64,000 nt of DNA, taken from Tequatrovirus NIC06P2. The notes under the pieces were generated by a model. The model worked only from the letters and a program-made list of their open reading frames with translations. It was not told the origin of the DNA and searched no databases. Position numbers and translations under genes: made by a program. The DNA lies in sequence record OZ035760.1; one strand, 5' to 3'. Position 1 is the stretch's first letter. Each line of letters starts with the position of its first letter. Positions 18,596 to 27,206 of the stretch are shown here, one piece after another.

Positions 18596-19498
18596 TTAAG
18601 ATTTAAGTAAATCAATAATTTTAATTAATTTTTCACGTTCAGATTTAGCTTTACTACTCAATCCAGATAGTCTGAAAATTTCATCGTCATATTGTTGAAT
18701 AGAAATATTCAGCTCTTCAATTTGCTTATTAAAATAATCAATTTGTTCAGAATGTTTTTCGTTACTACGAACTGGTACAGGTTTTGTAGGCAATTTAGTT
18801 GAACTGGATTCATCCGGGCGATAAATTAAAATACAACTTGAACCAATTGGACATTTTGCACCAGATGAATATTCTAATGTTCCAGCTTCTTTTAAAATTT
18901 CAAAAGCTAAACAGAGATGATGACCCATATTGGCATAATCTGTAGAGTGAGCTCTGACGTAATAATCATCTCCACGAGTGCTAAATTTAAAGCATTTAAG
19001 GTCTTCTGTATTATTAGTTTTAAAAATCATTTGTTTATCTAGACCTTTAGCTAATCGAGCGCCTAATGCTAATAATCGTCGTTGATTTTCCCACAAATCT
19101 GCGATCATTTGGTCAAATGATAATTTCGGCATTAGTCGACCATAAAGGTCGTATCCTTTATTATAATTGCGAAGGATTTCACTCGCGTTAATGCGAGACA
19201 ACGCTCCAATTTTATTAAGGGCTTTCATGATGCGATTAGATAAAAGCATTCCAGATCCGTTTGTTCGTTGTAAATGTTTTTCTAATCCAAATCCAATATC
19301 AACTTTAAACTTATCTAAAATTTCGGCGTGAACATCTTTATCAATAACATTTAAATTTAGTACTGGGTTAAATTTATGAAAAAATTTATCTGACTCGTCG
19401 CGTTGAAGTACAGTCCATTCATTTGATTTTTTATTAACTAAAGATTTAATTACTGCATTGACATTATTAATTACTACTGACATATTTTCCTCACTCAA
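18596..19498 (-). CDS. Hypothetical protein with C-terminal coiled coil (300 aa)
   Basis: C-terminus EQIDYFNKQIEELNISIQQYDDEIFRL... Confidence 0.6.
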   Translation of the reverse strand: MSEENMSVVINNVNAVIKSLVNKKSNEWTVLQRDESDKFFHKFNPVLNLNVIDKDVHAEILDKFKVDIGFGLEKHLQRTNGSGMLLSNRIMKALNKIGALSRINASEILRNYNKGYDLYGRLMPKLSFDQMIADLWENQRRLLALGARLAKGLDKQMIFKTNNTEDLKCFKFSTRGDDYYVRAHSTDYANMGHHLCLAFEILKEAGTLEYSSGAKCPIGSSCILIYRPDESSSTKLPTKPVPVRSNEKHSEQIDYFNKQIEELNISIQQYDDEIFRLSGLSSKAKSEREKLIKIIDLLKS

Positions 19499-19899
19499 TT
19501 TTCAATTTTACTAAATACACAGAATATGATGGAAAAGACTATATAAGCACCGCATACAGATTGAACTAATACCATTCCAAAGAACCAAATAATATTATCA
19601 AACCATGTCTGTTTTACGTCGAAAGGACGTAAACTTACAGTAATATTATCACCTTTTTCTATTGAAGAATACATCTCTGGCGAAATATATTCGCTAAATC
19701 TATAACCGTCTTTGAGTTCATATACGGCAATAAACGATAAACTAGACCCCTTTCCTTGAGTTCCTGTAAGGGTATTAACTACAGTAACATCATAATCTTT
19801 ATAATGCATATAATCATTAATTGCGTAATAACCATATGCAATTACTATACATAAACAACATATCAATAAATTCAATCTTTTAATTATCAACTGTTTCAT
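19495..19899 (-). CDS. Membrane protein (134 aa, two TM helices)
   Basis: Hydrophobic N- and C-terminal segments; 4-nt overlap with downstream gene. Confidence 0.55.
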   Translation of the reverse strand: MKQLIIKRLNLLICCLCIVIAYGYYAINDYMHYKDYDVTVVNTLTGTQGKGSSLSFIAVYELKDGYRFSEYISPEMYSSIEKGDNITVSLRPFDVKQTWFDNIIWFFGMVLVQSVCGAYIVFSIIFCVFSKIEN

Positions 19900-19954
19900 A
19901 ATAATCTCAATTAAAAGGGCTTAGAACCATTATACCATCCTTGGTATAAAGCGG

Positions 19955-20482
19955 TTATGCGAGTACCGTCTTTAACCGTTCTTCAAACTTCCGAAGAGTA
20001 TTTTGGCGTTCAGCTCTTTGCTTTTTGTAAGTTTCAATACGCTCTGAAATGAGAGTGTATCGTTCATTTACTGATTCTTTCATAAAATCAGGAATTTCAC
20101 GAGAAGCTTTAATCTCGTCAAATTTATCAATAACAGCTTGCTCTTCAGCAATTAAGTTATCATACATCAAAATATCTTTCTTGATGAACCCAATATCTTC
20201 TTGAGTTACACGAGATAATTTAGATGCTTTATCCTTTTTGTACTGTTCGTTAGTATCACGAGACCAGTGTAATGTACGATTTTTATTCGTATTCTTGTAA
20301 ATTTCTACAATACCAATCTCATCAATAATAACGATCCAATTCCAACGGGATTTGTAAATTTGTCCTCCATCAACCGTGATTTCACCTCCGATTGAGATGT
20401 CATTAAAGAACTTGCTTTGCGCTTCAGATTTAAATTTACCATCGTTGTAATTTACCAGGTTGAAAATATCTTTAGCGTTCAT
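19955..20482 (-). CDS. Hypothetical protein (175 aa from MNAKDIF)
   Basis: SD GGAGAA upstream of ATG at 20482; track N-terminal extension lies in the promoter. Confidence 0.55.
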   Translation of the reverse strand: MNAKDIFNLVNYNDGKFKSEAQSKFFNDISIGGEITVDGGQIYKSRWNWIVIIDEIGIVEIYKNTNKNRTLHWSRDTNEQYKKDKASKLSRVTQEDIGFIKKDILMYDNLIAEEQAVIDKFDEIKASREIPDFMKESVNERYTLISERIETYKKQRAERQNTLRKFEERLKTVLA

Positions 20483-20509
20483 TTTGTGTTCTCCGTAGTT
20501 GATAGTTGT

Positions 20510-20539
20510 ATAGTACCACAGAGGAATGGTCTTGTAAAC
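20510..20539 (-). promoter_or_regulatory. T4 early-type promoter (GTTTAC, 18 nt, TACTAT, ACAACTATCAACTAC)
   Basis: Minus strand: GGTTTACAAGACCATTCCTCTGTGGTACTATACAACTATCAACTACGGAG. Confidence 0.5.
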
Positions 20540-20541
20540 CA

Positions 20542-20844
20542 CTAAAAGAAACTTCTTTCACAATTTTTTCCACTGAACCAAGCGCTCACTGCTTTCTTAG
20601 TCTCAGGAGCAGTGTTATCCATAAACCATTCAAAGGCAGCCTTTTTATGATTCTGGAGGGCTTCTCGGGCTTTAATCTGCTCACGGTCTATTAACACTAA
20701 CATATGAGCCTTTCTTGTCACCATGGGCTTCTTATGATTTTTTGAATATTCCCAATCATTTGTCCATCGCATCGTTGTTGCGAATTGAAGTACAGCTTCT
20801 TTAATTTTAGTTTCGTAAATTTCACGAGCCTTTGAGTATAACAT
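20542..20844 (-). CDS. Hypothetical protein (about 100 aa)
   Basis: ORF with SD GGAGGT overlapping the first track codons, so a later Met start is likely. Confidence 0.45.
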   Translation of the reverse strand: MLYSKAREIYETKIKEAVLQFATTMRWTNDWEYSKNHKKPMVTRKAHMLVLIDREQIKAREALQNHKKAAFEWFMDNTAPETKKAVSAWFSGKNCERSFF

Positions 20845-20926
20845 CATTACCTCCATTTACCAGTTTAATTCTAGTCATCTTTTTAATGGCAGTCCATATA
20901 ATCTATTTCTGAACTGCCTTTTTGTC

Positions 20927-21646
20927 TTAGGATTCTTCTAAATGTCTTTTCTGAAAAGTTGATACCATACTACGATACGGTTCATTTGGATATCCGTGTT
21001 TTATAGCTTCCTTTGTAAATTTTCTCCATCCATATTTAGTTTCTTTCCAAAGCTCGAATAATTCATCTTCATACTGCCATATAGTTAAATGAGAACGCTT
21101 TGCAGCTTTAATTCCATTAATATGCTTTTCTTTTACTGTAGGATTGCTTAGTTTCTTTTTAATAATATTACTAACTTTTCTAACAAAAACTGGGTCCTTA
21201 TATCGTTGCGAAGTTTTTATTGAAGTGTTTAATTTAGCTTCCGGCGTGGATGTGACCTCTTTCATCTTTTTCTTCATATGCTGTATATGATTAGGATTTT
21301 TCCATAAATTTATAGAATGCTTTTTGCATTTTATCCTAGTTTCATCTGCAACCTTTCCTCCTTCACCCCCGTATGACAGGTTAACACAGTTTTTTCCATA
21401 TTTCAATTTACCTGCCATGATATATAATATTTCAGCTTGTACCATTTTATCATAATTATCAAAAACTTCTAAAACCGTTTTTGATAATATGTGGTCATTT
21501 GACACTTTTACACGTTCTATATAATTTCCACTACCAACATACGAATCATTGATGTTATTAGTTATATGTCGACCATAATAGTATTTCTTAATACCTGTCT
21601 TTAAATTTAATATTTCAGTTTTATAGATAGTAAAATATTTTTTCAT
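20927..21646 (-). CDS. GIY-YIG homing endonuclease (Seg-like)
   Basis: N-terminal FTIYKTEILNLKTGIKKYYYGRH...YVGSGN GIY-YIG pattern; basic C-terminal region typical of Seg DNA-binding tails. Confidence 0.6.
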   Translation of the reverse strand: MKKYFTIYKTEILNLKTGIKKYYYGRHITNNINDSYVGSGNYIERVKVSNDHILSKTVLEVFDNYDKMVQAEILYIMAGKLKYGKNCVNLSYGGEGGKVADETRIKCKKHSINLWKNPNHIQHMKKKMKEVTSTPEAKLNTSIKTSQRYKDPVFVRKVSNIIKKKLSNPTVKEKHINGIKAAKRSHLTIWQYEDELFELWKETKYGWRKFTKEAIKHGYPNEPYRSMVSTFQKRHLEES

Positions 21647-22611
21647 TTTAATAATACCGTTTCAGCAATTTCTTCCCAATGGTTTTTGTCGGTCATAATA
21701 AAGTCAGCAAGATAAAGAGCAGTACGCAGTGAAACATTGCGTAAACGATTAACATTGACTTTCATCCATGATAATGCTTTATAAGTTTCTTCATCAGAAA
21801 GACCGCGCTTTTGCATCATGTCGGTTGAAAGAATAACATCTTCAACCCTGACCATAATTTCTTCATTAGTGTGAACACCCAAATCCAAATAAACTGAGCG
21901 GGACACTAATGCTTGTAAATGTGGAGCAAGTTTAGTACCACGGTCTAATTCGCGGTCAATATCAACGTTTGTGATAAAAACAATCGTTCCTTTAAATTCA
22001 AACTCACGCTCAATGCCTTTTTCTTCTAAGTAAGAAGATGCAGTGCTCCAGCAGACTTTACGGGTCTCTCCAGTGTCCAGAGCAGCTTTCAGAAGATTAA
22101 GAATGTCCATATCAGAGAAAACATCCACATCATCAATCAAAAGGACAGAATTCTCTTCACGATTATTCCAAAGCTGTTCATAAAGACCGATACCAGAGAT
22201 TTTACCATTAATGCTTTTATACTCAATGTATCCAATATCATTTGCTTTATTCAAAGCTTTATCTAAAGAATACGTTTTACCAATACCTGCTGCTCCCGAG
22301 ATAATTAATGAACGAATGTTTCCGTTAATAATACCATTCGTCATCATTCCCATAACATTAAATCTTTTATTAATGCGGGTTTTCATATCTTCATATGATT
22401 CTTTAACTTCTTCAACTTTTACACCATCATATGAAATGTCTGATTTGTAAACCCAAACACCGCGACGCTTACCGTCAATTTCAACAAAAACTTTACCATC
22501 TCCTTGTGCATCTACCGGAGCATTATCTGGGAACCATTCACCTAAGAGCTCAAAAGTTCCAGAGATTTCTTTACCGAAGTAGATACCCTTATTGATAGTT
22601 ACAGTTTTCAT
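21643..22611 (-). CDS. AAA+/P-loop ATPase (322 aa from MKTVTINK)
   Basis: Walker A GAAGIGKT, Walker B VLLIDDVD; SD GGAGAA upstream of ATG at 22611; early promoter immediately upstream. Confidence 0.7.
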   Translation of the reverse strand: MKTVTINKGIYFGKEISGTFELLGEWFPDNAPVDAQGDGKVFVEIDGKRRGVWVYKSDISYDGVKVEEVKESYEDMKTRINKRFNVMGMMTNGIINGNIRSLIISGAAGIGKTYSLDKALNKANDIGYIEYKSINGKISGIGLYEQLWNNREENSVLLIDDVDVFSDMDILNLLKAALDTGETRKVCWSTASSYLEEKGIEREFEFKGTIVFITNVDIDRELDRGTKLAPHLQALVSRSVYLDLGVHTNEEIMVRVEDVILSTDMMQKRGLSDEETYKALSWMKVNVNRLRNVSLRTALYLADFIMTDKNHWEEIAETVLLK

Positions 22612-22647
22612 TTTATTCTCCAATCTCACATTTGTTTTGATAGGGTA

Positions 22648-22678
22648 ATAGTATCACACTACTACCCTTCTGTAAACA
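22648..22678 (-). promoter_or_regulatory. T4 early-type promoter (GTTTAC, 18 nt, TACTAT)
   Basis: Minus strand: TTGTTTACAGAAGGGTAGTAGTGTGATACTATTACCCTATCAAAAC. Confidence 0.5.
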
Positions 22679-22680
22679 AT

Positions 22681-22944
22681 TTATTTTAACGTTCGCCAAA
22701 TTTTTACTGCTTCACGGCGAGATACTTCTACAGCTCCAAGTTCTACAGCTTTTTGGCGTCGGCGAGCGTGTAAGTCATAATGTTTAATGCGTTTATCTTG
22801 AAACCAAGAACGTTTCATTCCTATTGCTTCTGCCATTTCATGAAGCTCTTCAATATCTCCATCAGTGAACATATGACAATTTTTAGTTGGATGACCGCGA
22901 AGTTTCCATCCATGATTCATTAAAACATCTACGTAAACTGTCAT
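22681..22944 (-). CDS. DUF4031-like small protein (87 aa)
   Basis: Pattern YVD..WGW/HGW...H...D...EELH.FA..IG..R.WFQ...HYD recalled as DUF4031; unverified. Confidence 0.45.
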   Translation of the reverse strand: MTVYVDVLMNHGWKLRGHPTKNCHMFTDGDIEELHEMAEAIGMKRSWFQDKRIKHYDLHARRRQKAVELGAVEVSRREAVKIWRTLK

Positions 22945-23090
22945 TGATTCTTCTCCAAATAAGTTTCGATAATTTTCTGAGCGAGATAAACTGCATTATC
23001 TTCAGTTGCATCTTCTAAGAAACTTTCAAAACACTCTGAAATTTCTTCTGTGTCAATCAACTTTTTTACTTCAATTGGTGTAATTTTCAT
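22941..23090 (-). CDS. Small hypothetical protein (start set at MKITPIEV)
   Basis: Track ORF begins MVLYNYQ, which is the promoter -10 region read as codons; true start must lie downstream of the promoter. Confidence 0.4.
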   Translation of the reverse strand: MKITPIEVKKLIDTEEISECFESFLEDATEDNAVYLAQKIIETYLEKNQ

Positions 23091-23122
23091 TTTTCCGTTT
23101 AAGGGTTTGTTTTGATAGTTGT

Positions 23123-23152
23123 ATAGTACCATAAAGCTTTATGCTTGTAAAC
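23123..23152 (-). promoter_or_regulatory. T4 early-type promoter (GTTTAC, 18 nt, TACTAT)
   Basis: Minus strand: TTTTTCACAAAATGGTTTACAAGCATAAAGCTTTATGGTACTATACAACTATCAAAAC. Confidence 0.5.
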
Positions 23153-23175
23153 CATTTTGTGAAAAATTTTTGAAA

Positions 23176-23202
23176 TAAAAAAAAGGGAGCCCGAAGGCTC
23201 CC
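23176..23202 (-). terminator. UUCG-tetraloop rho-independent terminator
   Basis: GGGAGCCUUCGGGCUCCC followed by UUUUUUUU on minus strand, 3' of the NTase-fold gene. Confidence 0.6.
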
Positions 23203-23204
23203 TA

Positions 23205-24218
23205 TCATTTATAATAACTTCGGTGGTTTTCAAGATAGACCTTCTCAAGGAAGTCATCCCAGAAACCCATGTCTACTTTTTGCTGCATACCGTTCTTAGA
23301 AGCTTCAGTAGATGCTGCTTCTACTTGATCGACCACATCTTCCAAAAACTCTTGAACCGTTTTAAATGGATGTTTACCCAACTTCACGTCGAGAATAAAT
23401 GGAGCGTCTTGAAGTGGATAAACCAAGTCACCAGTTTTGTAAATTTCCAATAGTTGAAGTCCACCACGACAAGCATGGCTCAGAGCTTTCCAGTCAATGC
23501 CTTCGTTGGCTTCGGCCTTACGAGCACGTTCACCGTATTCAGCATCTAATTTGTTCAGTGACTGCTTAAGCTCAATAAGAGAAAGCGTTGTCTGATATTT
23601 ACGACCCAACACAGTGTAGAACGTTTGTGGGCCTGTTTTCTCATGATTATGGAACACCCATTCACAGAATTCGTTTTCTGGAAGACGATGCTTAATATCT
23701 TCAACTTTAGTACGACGCTGCTTAATGGAACCGTCTTCTTGGTAATCAACCCATTGCTCAGGGATTTGATTAACTACTTTCAATACATCACGTAATGCAG
23801 CCAAACGAGAACCCTTGACACCGTATTTAGAAGCTTGCTTGCGGACATATCCTAAATATGATTTCATGTTAGTCGTATAAAAACGAGAACGGTTGTCTTG
23901 AATAAACTTCCACACATCAGGCAAATCAGATTTAACCACTAGTTCAGGTGGAGTATGAAGCATATCCAATGCTACAGTTTCACCATCTGCTGCTAATTTA
24001 AAGAAATATTTAAGACTGTATAGTTCATGGTCAATATCATCTTTAGTGTTTTTAGATGATGTGTTGTTAGTGTTTTTACTCATGTGCTCTTTAACATTTC
24101 CAATAAGAATATCACGAGCAGGAGGAACAAAGATTTCTTTAAAATCTACATCAGATTCTGGAGTAGAAGTTCCATAAAGATGACTACCAAAATAGCTTTT
24201 CATTACTGTTTTCATCAT
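23205..24218 (-). CDS. Nucleotidyltransferase-fold protein (pol-beta superfamily motif)
   Basis: N-terminal HLYGTSTPESDVDFKEIFV (G-[ST]...D-x-D); 337 aa; last gene of a tight five-gene operon. Confidence 0.6.
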   Translation of the reverse strand: MMKTVMKSYFGSHLYGTSTPESDVDFKEIFVPPARDILIGNVKEHMSKNTNNTSSKNTKDDIDHELYSLKYFFKLAADGETVALDMLHTPPELVVKSDLPDVWKFIQDNRSRFYTTNMKSYLGYVRKQASKYGVKGSRLAALRDVLKVVNQIPEQWVDYQEDGSIKQRRTKVEDIKHRLPENEFCEWVFHNHEKTGPQTFYTVLGRKYQTTLSLIELKQSLNKLDAEYGERARKAEANEGIDWKALSHACRGGLQLLEIYKTGDLVYPLQDAPFILDVKLGKHPFKTVQEFLEDVVDQVEAASTEASKNGMQQKVDMGFWDDFLEKVYLENHRSYYK

Positions 24219-24676
24219 TCAGCCTTATATTCAATAACAGGACATACTTTAGCTTTACGAGCTTTTAAAAATTCGACGATAATCGATTTCTTGGGTTGAA
24301 TAGGAGGTAAACCTTTATACGCCCTATCAATATTTTCTACATGTAAAGCATAATCCTTTTTCCATTTATAATCTTTATATTTTTCATGCAGTTGTGCAGG
24401 AATAACAAATGAACCGATAATAAGTAAAACAAGCAAAATGGCAAGTATAAATGCTGATGGAATAAGAGTCCATAAACTACCAAAAATAAGCCATTTCTGT
24501 ATGATTTCTGCGCAGATGATAGTTAGACCTACGAGTATAATACATCCGAAAAAAGAAACGAAAAATGTAGGGATAACAATAGACCAAAAGTATGCGCATA
24601 GTGTCTTAGGTCGTTGCCATTCATCGTTAAACAATTTGAATAATTTATAGTGCCAAGAGTTTTCATTAATAATCAT
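24215..24676 (-). CDS. Membrane protein (153 aa, 2-3 TM helices)
   Basis: Hydrophobic segments FWSIVIPTFFVSFFGCIILVGLTIICA and LIPSAFILAILLVLLIIGSFVIPA; 4-nt overlap with NTase gene. Confidence 0.55.
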   Translation of the reverse strand: MIINENSWHYKLFKLFNDEWQRPKTLCAYFWSIVIPTFFVSFFGCIILVGLTIICAEIIQKWLIFGSLWTLIPSAFILAILLVLLIIGSFVIPAQLHEKYKDYKWKKDYALHVENIDRAYKGLPPIQPKKSIIVEFLKARKAKVCPVIEYKAE

Positions 24677-24678
24677 AA

Positions 24679-25200
24679 TTATCCTTTCATTGAAGGCGTA
24701 ACGGTTGTTAAATACTTAATCATAGCTTCAGCTTCTGATTTTGATAATGAAATTTCTCCATTGTTTTGACGAATAGAAATAAAATCCGGATGACGGTCAC
24801 CACCAGCTTTTAAAACACACATATAAGTATCAACTTCGCCTTCAATATTTGAAATGCTTGAAGCAGTTCCACATGAATGCGGTTTTTGATAAATCAATAC
24901 AGCTTTTCTTCCACCGTTTGACTGTTCATAGGCTTTTAATACATCAAACAAATCAGTTCTTTTATCAATAGCTAAAATGTTATTTTCATCTTCAATGTTA
25001 AATCCTTCGGATACTTCATAAAGTGTCACCCATAAATCGCCAATATCAATAACAGCGTTCACTTTTCCATGACTTTCAAGAGCATGACAAATTTTCTTGA
25101 TTTCGTCATAACTCATTTTAATAATATCATCTCCTTGAATAAGGAAGATGTCATTTTTAAATTCAACGCGAATTAAACCACTTCCACTTGAAATAAACAT
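24679..25200 (-). CDS. Hypothetical protein (173 aa), paralog of next gene
   Basis: C-terminus SKSEAEAMIKYLTTVTPSMKG resembles TKDEAIALKTYLDSVIPTMISK of neighbour. Confidence 0.55.
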   Translation of the reverse strand: MFISSGSGLIRVEFKNDIFLIQGDDIIKMSYDEIKKICHALESHGKVNAVIDIGDLWVTLYEVSEGFNIEDENNILAIDKRTDLFDVLKAYEQSNGGRKAVLIYQKPHSCGTASSISNIEGEVDTYMCVLKAGGDRHPDFISIRQNNGEISLSKSEAEAMIKYLTTVTPSMKG

Positions 25201-25206
25201 ATTTCC

Positions 25207-25761
25207 TCACTTTGAAATCATAGTTGGAATGACAGAATCAAGATAAGTCTTTAGTGCAATAGCTTCGTCTTTGGTAAATGTGACAATATGTGATCGAAAA
25301 TCGTCGATTTGGCGAATAGTTAAGACATCTCCCTCTTCATAACATTTTGATACATTTAAAAGAGTTTCATCATTCTGATTGCAAGCGTTAGTAATAATAG
25401 CATTGCAATTTTTGAGCCATTTTAAACTATGTTTTCTTTCATTAGAATAATAAAAATATTTAATCTTAGCTATAAAACTATCCCAATGGATAACTGATAA
25501 ACACATTGACTCACTTTTAATATTAAATCCTGGGCATGAAGAATAAAAATGAATTTTGTGCTCATCATTGATGCTTACTATTTTATCAGTATAAGGATAT
25601 TCAATTTGGGTTAAATGAATGATTTCACTAGGCGTAAAATATAGCATATCGTCTTCTTGCGTCAAACGATACATGTTATTTACTTTTTCTATAGCCAATT
25701 CACCAAAAAGCGGACTAACTTCTAATACTAATCGTTTCATATTAATCCTTTTTATTGACAC
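25207..25761 (-). CDS. Hypothetical protein (184 aa), paralog of previous gene
   Basis: Shared C-terminal motif with 24679-25200. Confidence 0.55.
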   Translation of the reverse strand: MSIKRINMKRLVLEVSPLFGELAIEKVNNMYRLTQEDDMLYFTPSEIIHLTQIEYPYTDKIVSINDEHKIHFYSSCPGFNIKSESMCLSVIHWDSFIAKIKYFYYSNERKHSLKWLKNCNAIITNACNQNDETLLNVSKCYEEGDVLTIRQIDDFRSHIVTFTKDEAIALKTYLDSVIPTMISK

Positions 25762-26008
25762 GAATTTGTTCTAAAATTTTAGAATATTCCTTTGTATCAG
25801 ATTTACGTACAATCGATACACTATACGGCATACTATCGGTGTCTTTTATAAAGCGTTCCAAATGACACTCTAACAAAATTTCTGGATTATAAATCGTGTA
25901 CATCAAATTACCTGTTGCTCCACGATATTGGCAGATTTCTACTGATTGAACACCATTCCATAATTTTGTTAAAACTAAATCACCTACTTCTAATTTAGGA
26001 AAGCCCAT
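25742..26008 (-). CDS. Hypothetical protein (start at MGFPKLEV)
   Basis: ORF abutting upstream stop. Confidence 0.45.
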   Translation of the reverse strand: MGFPKLEVGDLVLTKLWNGVQSVEICQYRGATGNLMYTIYNPEILLECHLERFIKDTDSMPYSVSIVRKSDTKEYSKILEQIRVNKKD

Positions 26009-26009
26009 G

Positions 26010-26195
26010 TTATTCACCAATTAAAGTTTCAATATAAGAATCAAGATTTACTTTAGCTTCTTCCATAAGAGTTTTGTATTTAATCTTGTTAGCATGTCCG
26101 GAGAAAGCTGATTCATCAATAATTGTTGATGTATGAACAGCTTTACTATACGTCTCAATTAATTCTCTTAATTTAAAAGCCTGCTCACTTGTCAT
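26010..26195 (-). CDS. Small helical protein, member of about 60-aa paralog family
   Basis: MTSEQAFKLRELIETY...LDSYIETLIGE; family pattern M..(S/T).EQ..K...L and (K/E)..L..Y(L/I)E. Confidence 0.45.
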   Translation of the reverse strand: MTSEQAFKLRELIETYSKAVHTSTIIDESAFSGHANKIKYKTLMEEAKVNLDSYIETLIGE

Positions 26196-26357
26196 TACAT
26201 ACTCCTCTGAATCATATCAATAATGTTGTTTACCAGATTATAAGTAAACATTGGGTAATTATATTGAATCATCACATACACAACAAACAAAACTTTCATT
26301 CTCTTCTCCTTGGCAGTTGACAAGATTACTATACCATAACCTTGCCAACTTGTAAAC

Positions 26358-26533
26358 CATTAAATGACGTTTTCAATAAAATTCTGAAGCTTTGTATGAG
26401 CATCAACCATGATTTTCATTTCTTCTTTGGCGAAAGCTATACCTCTTTCCCGAGAAGAACACTCATAGTCAGAAACTGCATTAGCATATTCTTCAATTAA
26501 CTTCATTAAAAACATCTGCTTTTCAGTTTTCAT
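26358..26533 (-). CDS. Small helical protein (58 aa, MKTEKQMFLMKLIEEY...), family member, not in ORF track
   Basis: Hand-translated; start overlaps upstream stop. Confidence 0.35.
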
Positions 26534-26717
26534 TATTCCACCTAATCATTTCAAGATATTGAACTAACTTAGCTTTAGATTTATCCAAATCCTTTTTAGC
26601 TGCTTCTATACCATCGTATGAATATCCTTCACAATGCTCAACTGCTAATTGATATGAATCTATTTCAATATCACGTGCTAATTTAATGATTTTTTCAAAC
26701 TGATCGCATGTTAGCAT
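26523..26717 (-). CDS. Small helical protein, family member (64 aa)
   Basis: MLTCDQFEKIIKLARDIE...KLVQYLEMI. Confidence 0.45.
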   Translation of the reverse strand: MLTCDQFEKIIKLARDIEIDSYQLAVEHCEGYSYDGIEAAKKDLDKSKAKLVQYLEMIRWNNEN

Positions 26718-26719
26718 AC

Positions 26720-26923
26720 TTACACTCTCGTATTATGATCGATAATTTCATCAAGAAACATATCTAACGCTTCTAAAGCATTATCCACTTTAGTTTCAAA
26801 GTCTTTAATGCCTTTATTCGAAATACCCGATGAATACCAAGCAAAGTTAATGCGCTCCTCATCTGCTTTACGAATTAAAGCTACCAATTCCTTAATTTTA
26901 TCAGCTTGTTCGATACTAATCAT
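26720..26923 (-). CDS. Small helical protein, family member (67 aa from MISIEQ)
   Basis: [17 protein letters not shown]...; ATG overlaps upstream stop (TAATG). Confidence 0.45.
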   Translation of the reverse strand: MISIEQADKIKELVALIRKADEERINFAWYSSGISNKGIKDFETKVDNALEALDMFLDEIIDHNTRV

Positions 26924-27111
26924 TATTCCACCACATATGAAAGAGAGAATATTGCACACGCCATGTGAGTTGCAACTTCATCACACATATTATAACGTTT
27001 CTTAAGAAGTTCTACAAGTTCTTCACTAGTAACTTCATCCATGTCGACGAAAAAATCACCATTAATGATGACGTAGATATTTCCTTCTTGATTGAGTGCT
27101 TCAATTTTCAT
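26923..27111 (-). CDS. Small hypothetical protein (62 aa from MKIEALNQ)
   Basis: SD GAGGAG upstream of ATG at 27111, directly downstream of an early promoter. Confidence 0.45.
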
Positions 27112-27139
27112 GATGTTCTCCTCTTTATCCGATAGTTGT

Positions 27140-27169
27140 ATAGTATCACAGCTCAAATGGAAAGTAAAC
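27140..27169 (-). promoter_or_regulatory. T4 early-type promoter (GTTTAC, 18 nt, TACTAT, ACAACTATC)
   Basis: Minus strand: CGGTTTACTTTCCATTTGAGCTGTGATACTATACAACTATCGG. Confidence 0.5.
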
Positions 27170-27179
27170 CGGTAAAATG

Positions 27180-27201
27180 AAAAAAGTCTCCCGAAGGAGA
27201 C
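27180..27201 (-). terminator. UUCG-tetraloop rho-independent terminator
   Basis: GUCUCCUUCGGGAGAC followed by UUUUUUCAUUUU on minus strand. Confidence 0.55.
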
Positions 27202-27206
27202 TAATG

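Noticed and set aside
22941-23132. N-terminal extension MVLYNYQ... of track ORFs 22941-23132 and 37493-37810
   Set aside because: These codons are the conserved early promoter -10 region (ATGGTACTATACAACTATCAA); the real starts lie downstream of the promoter.
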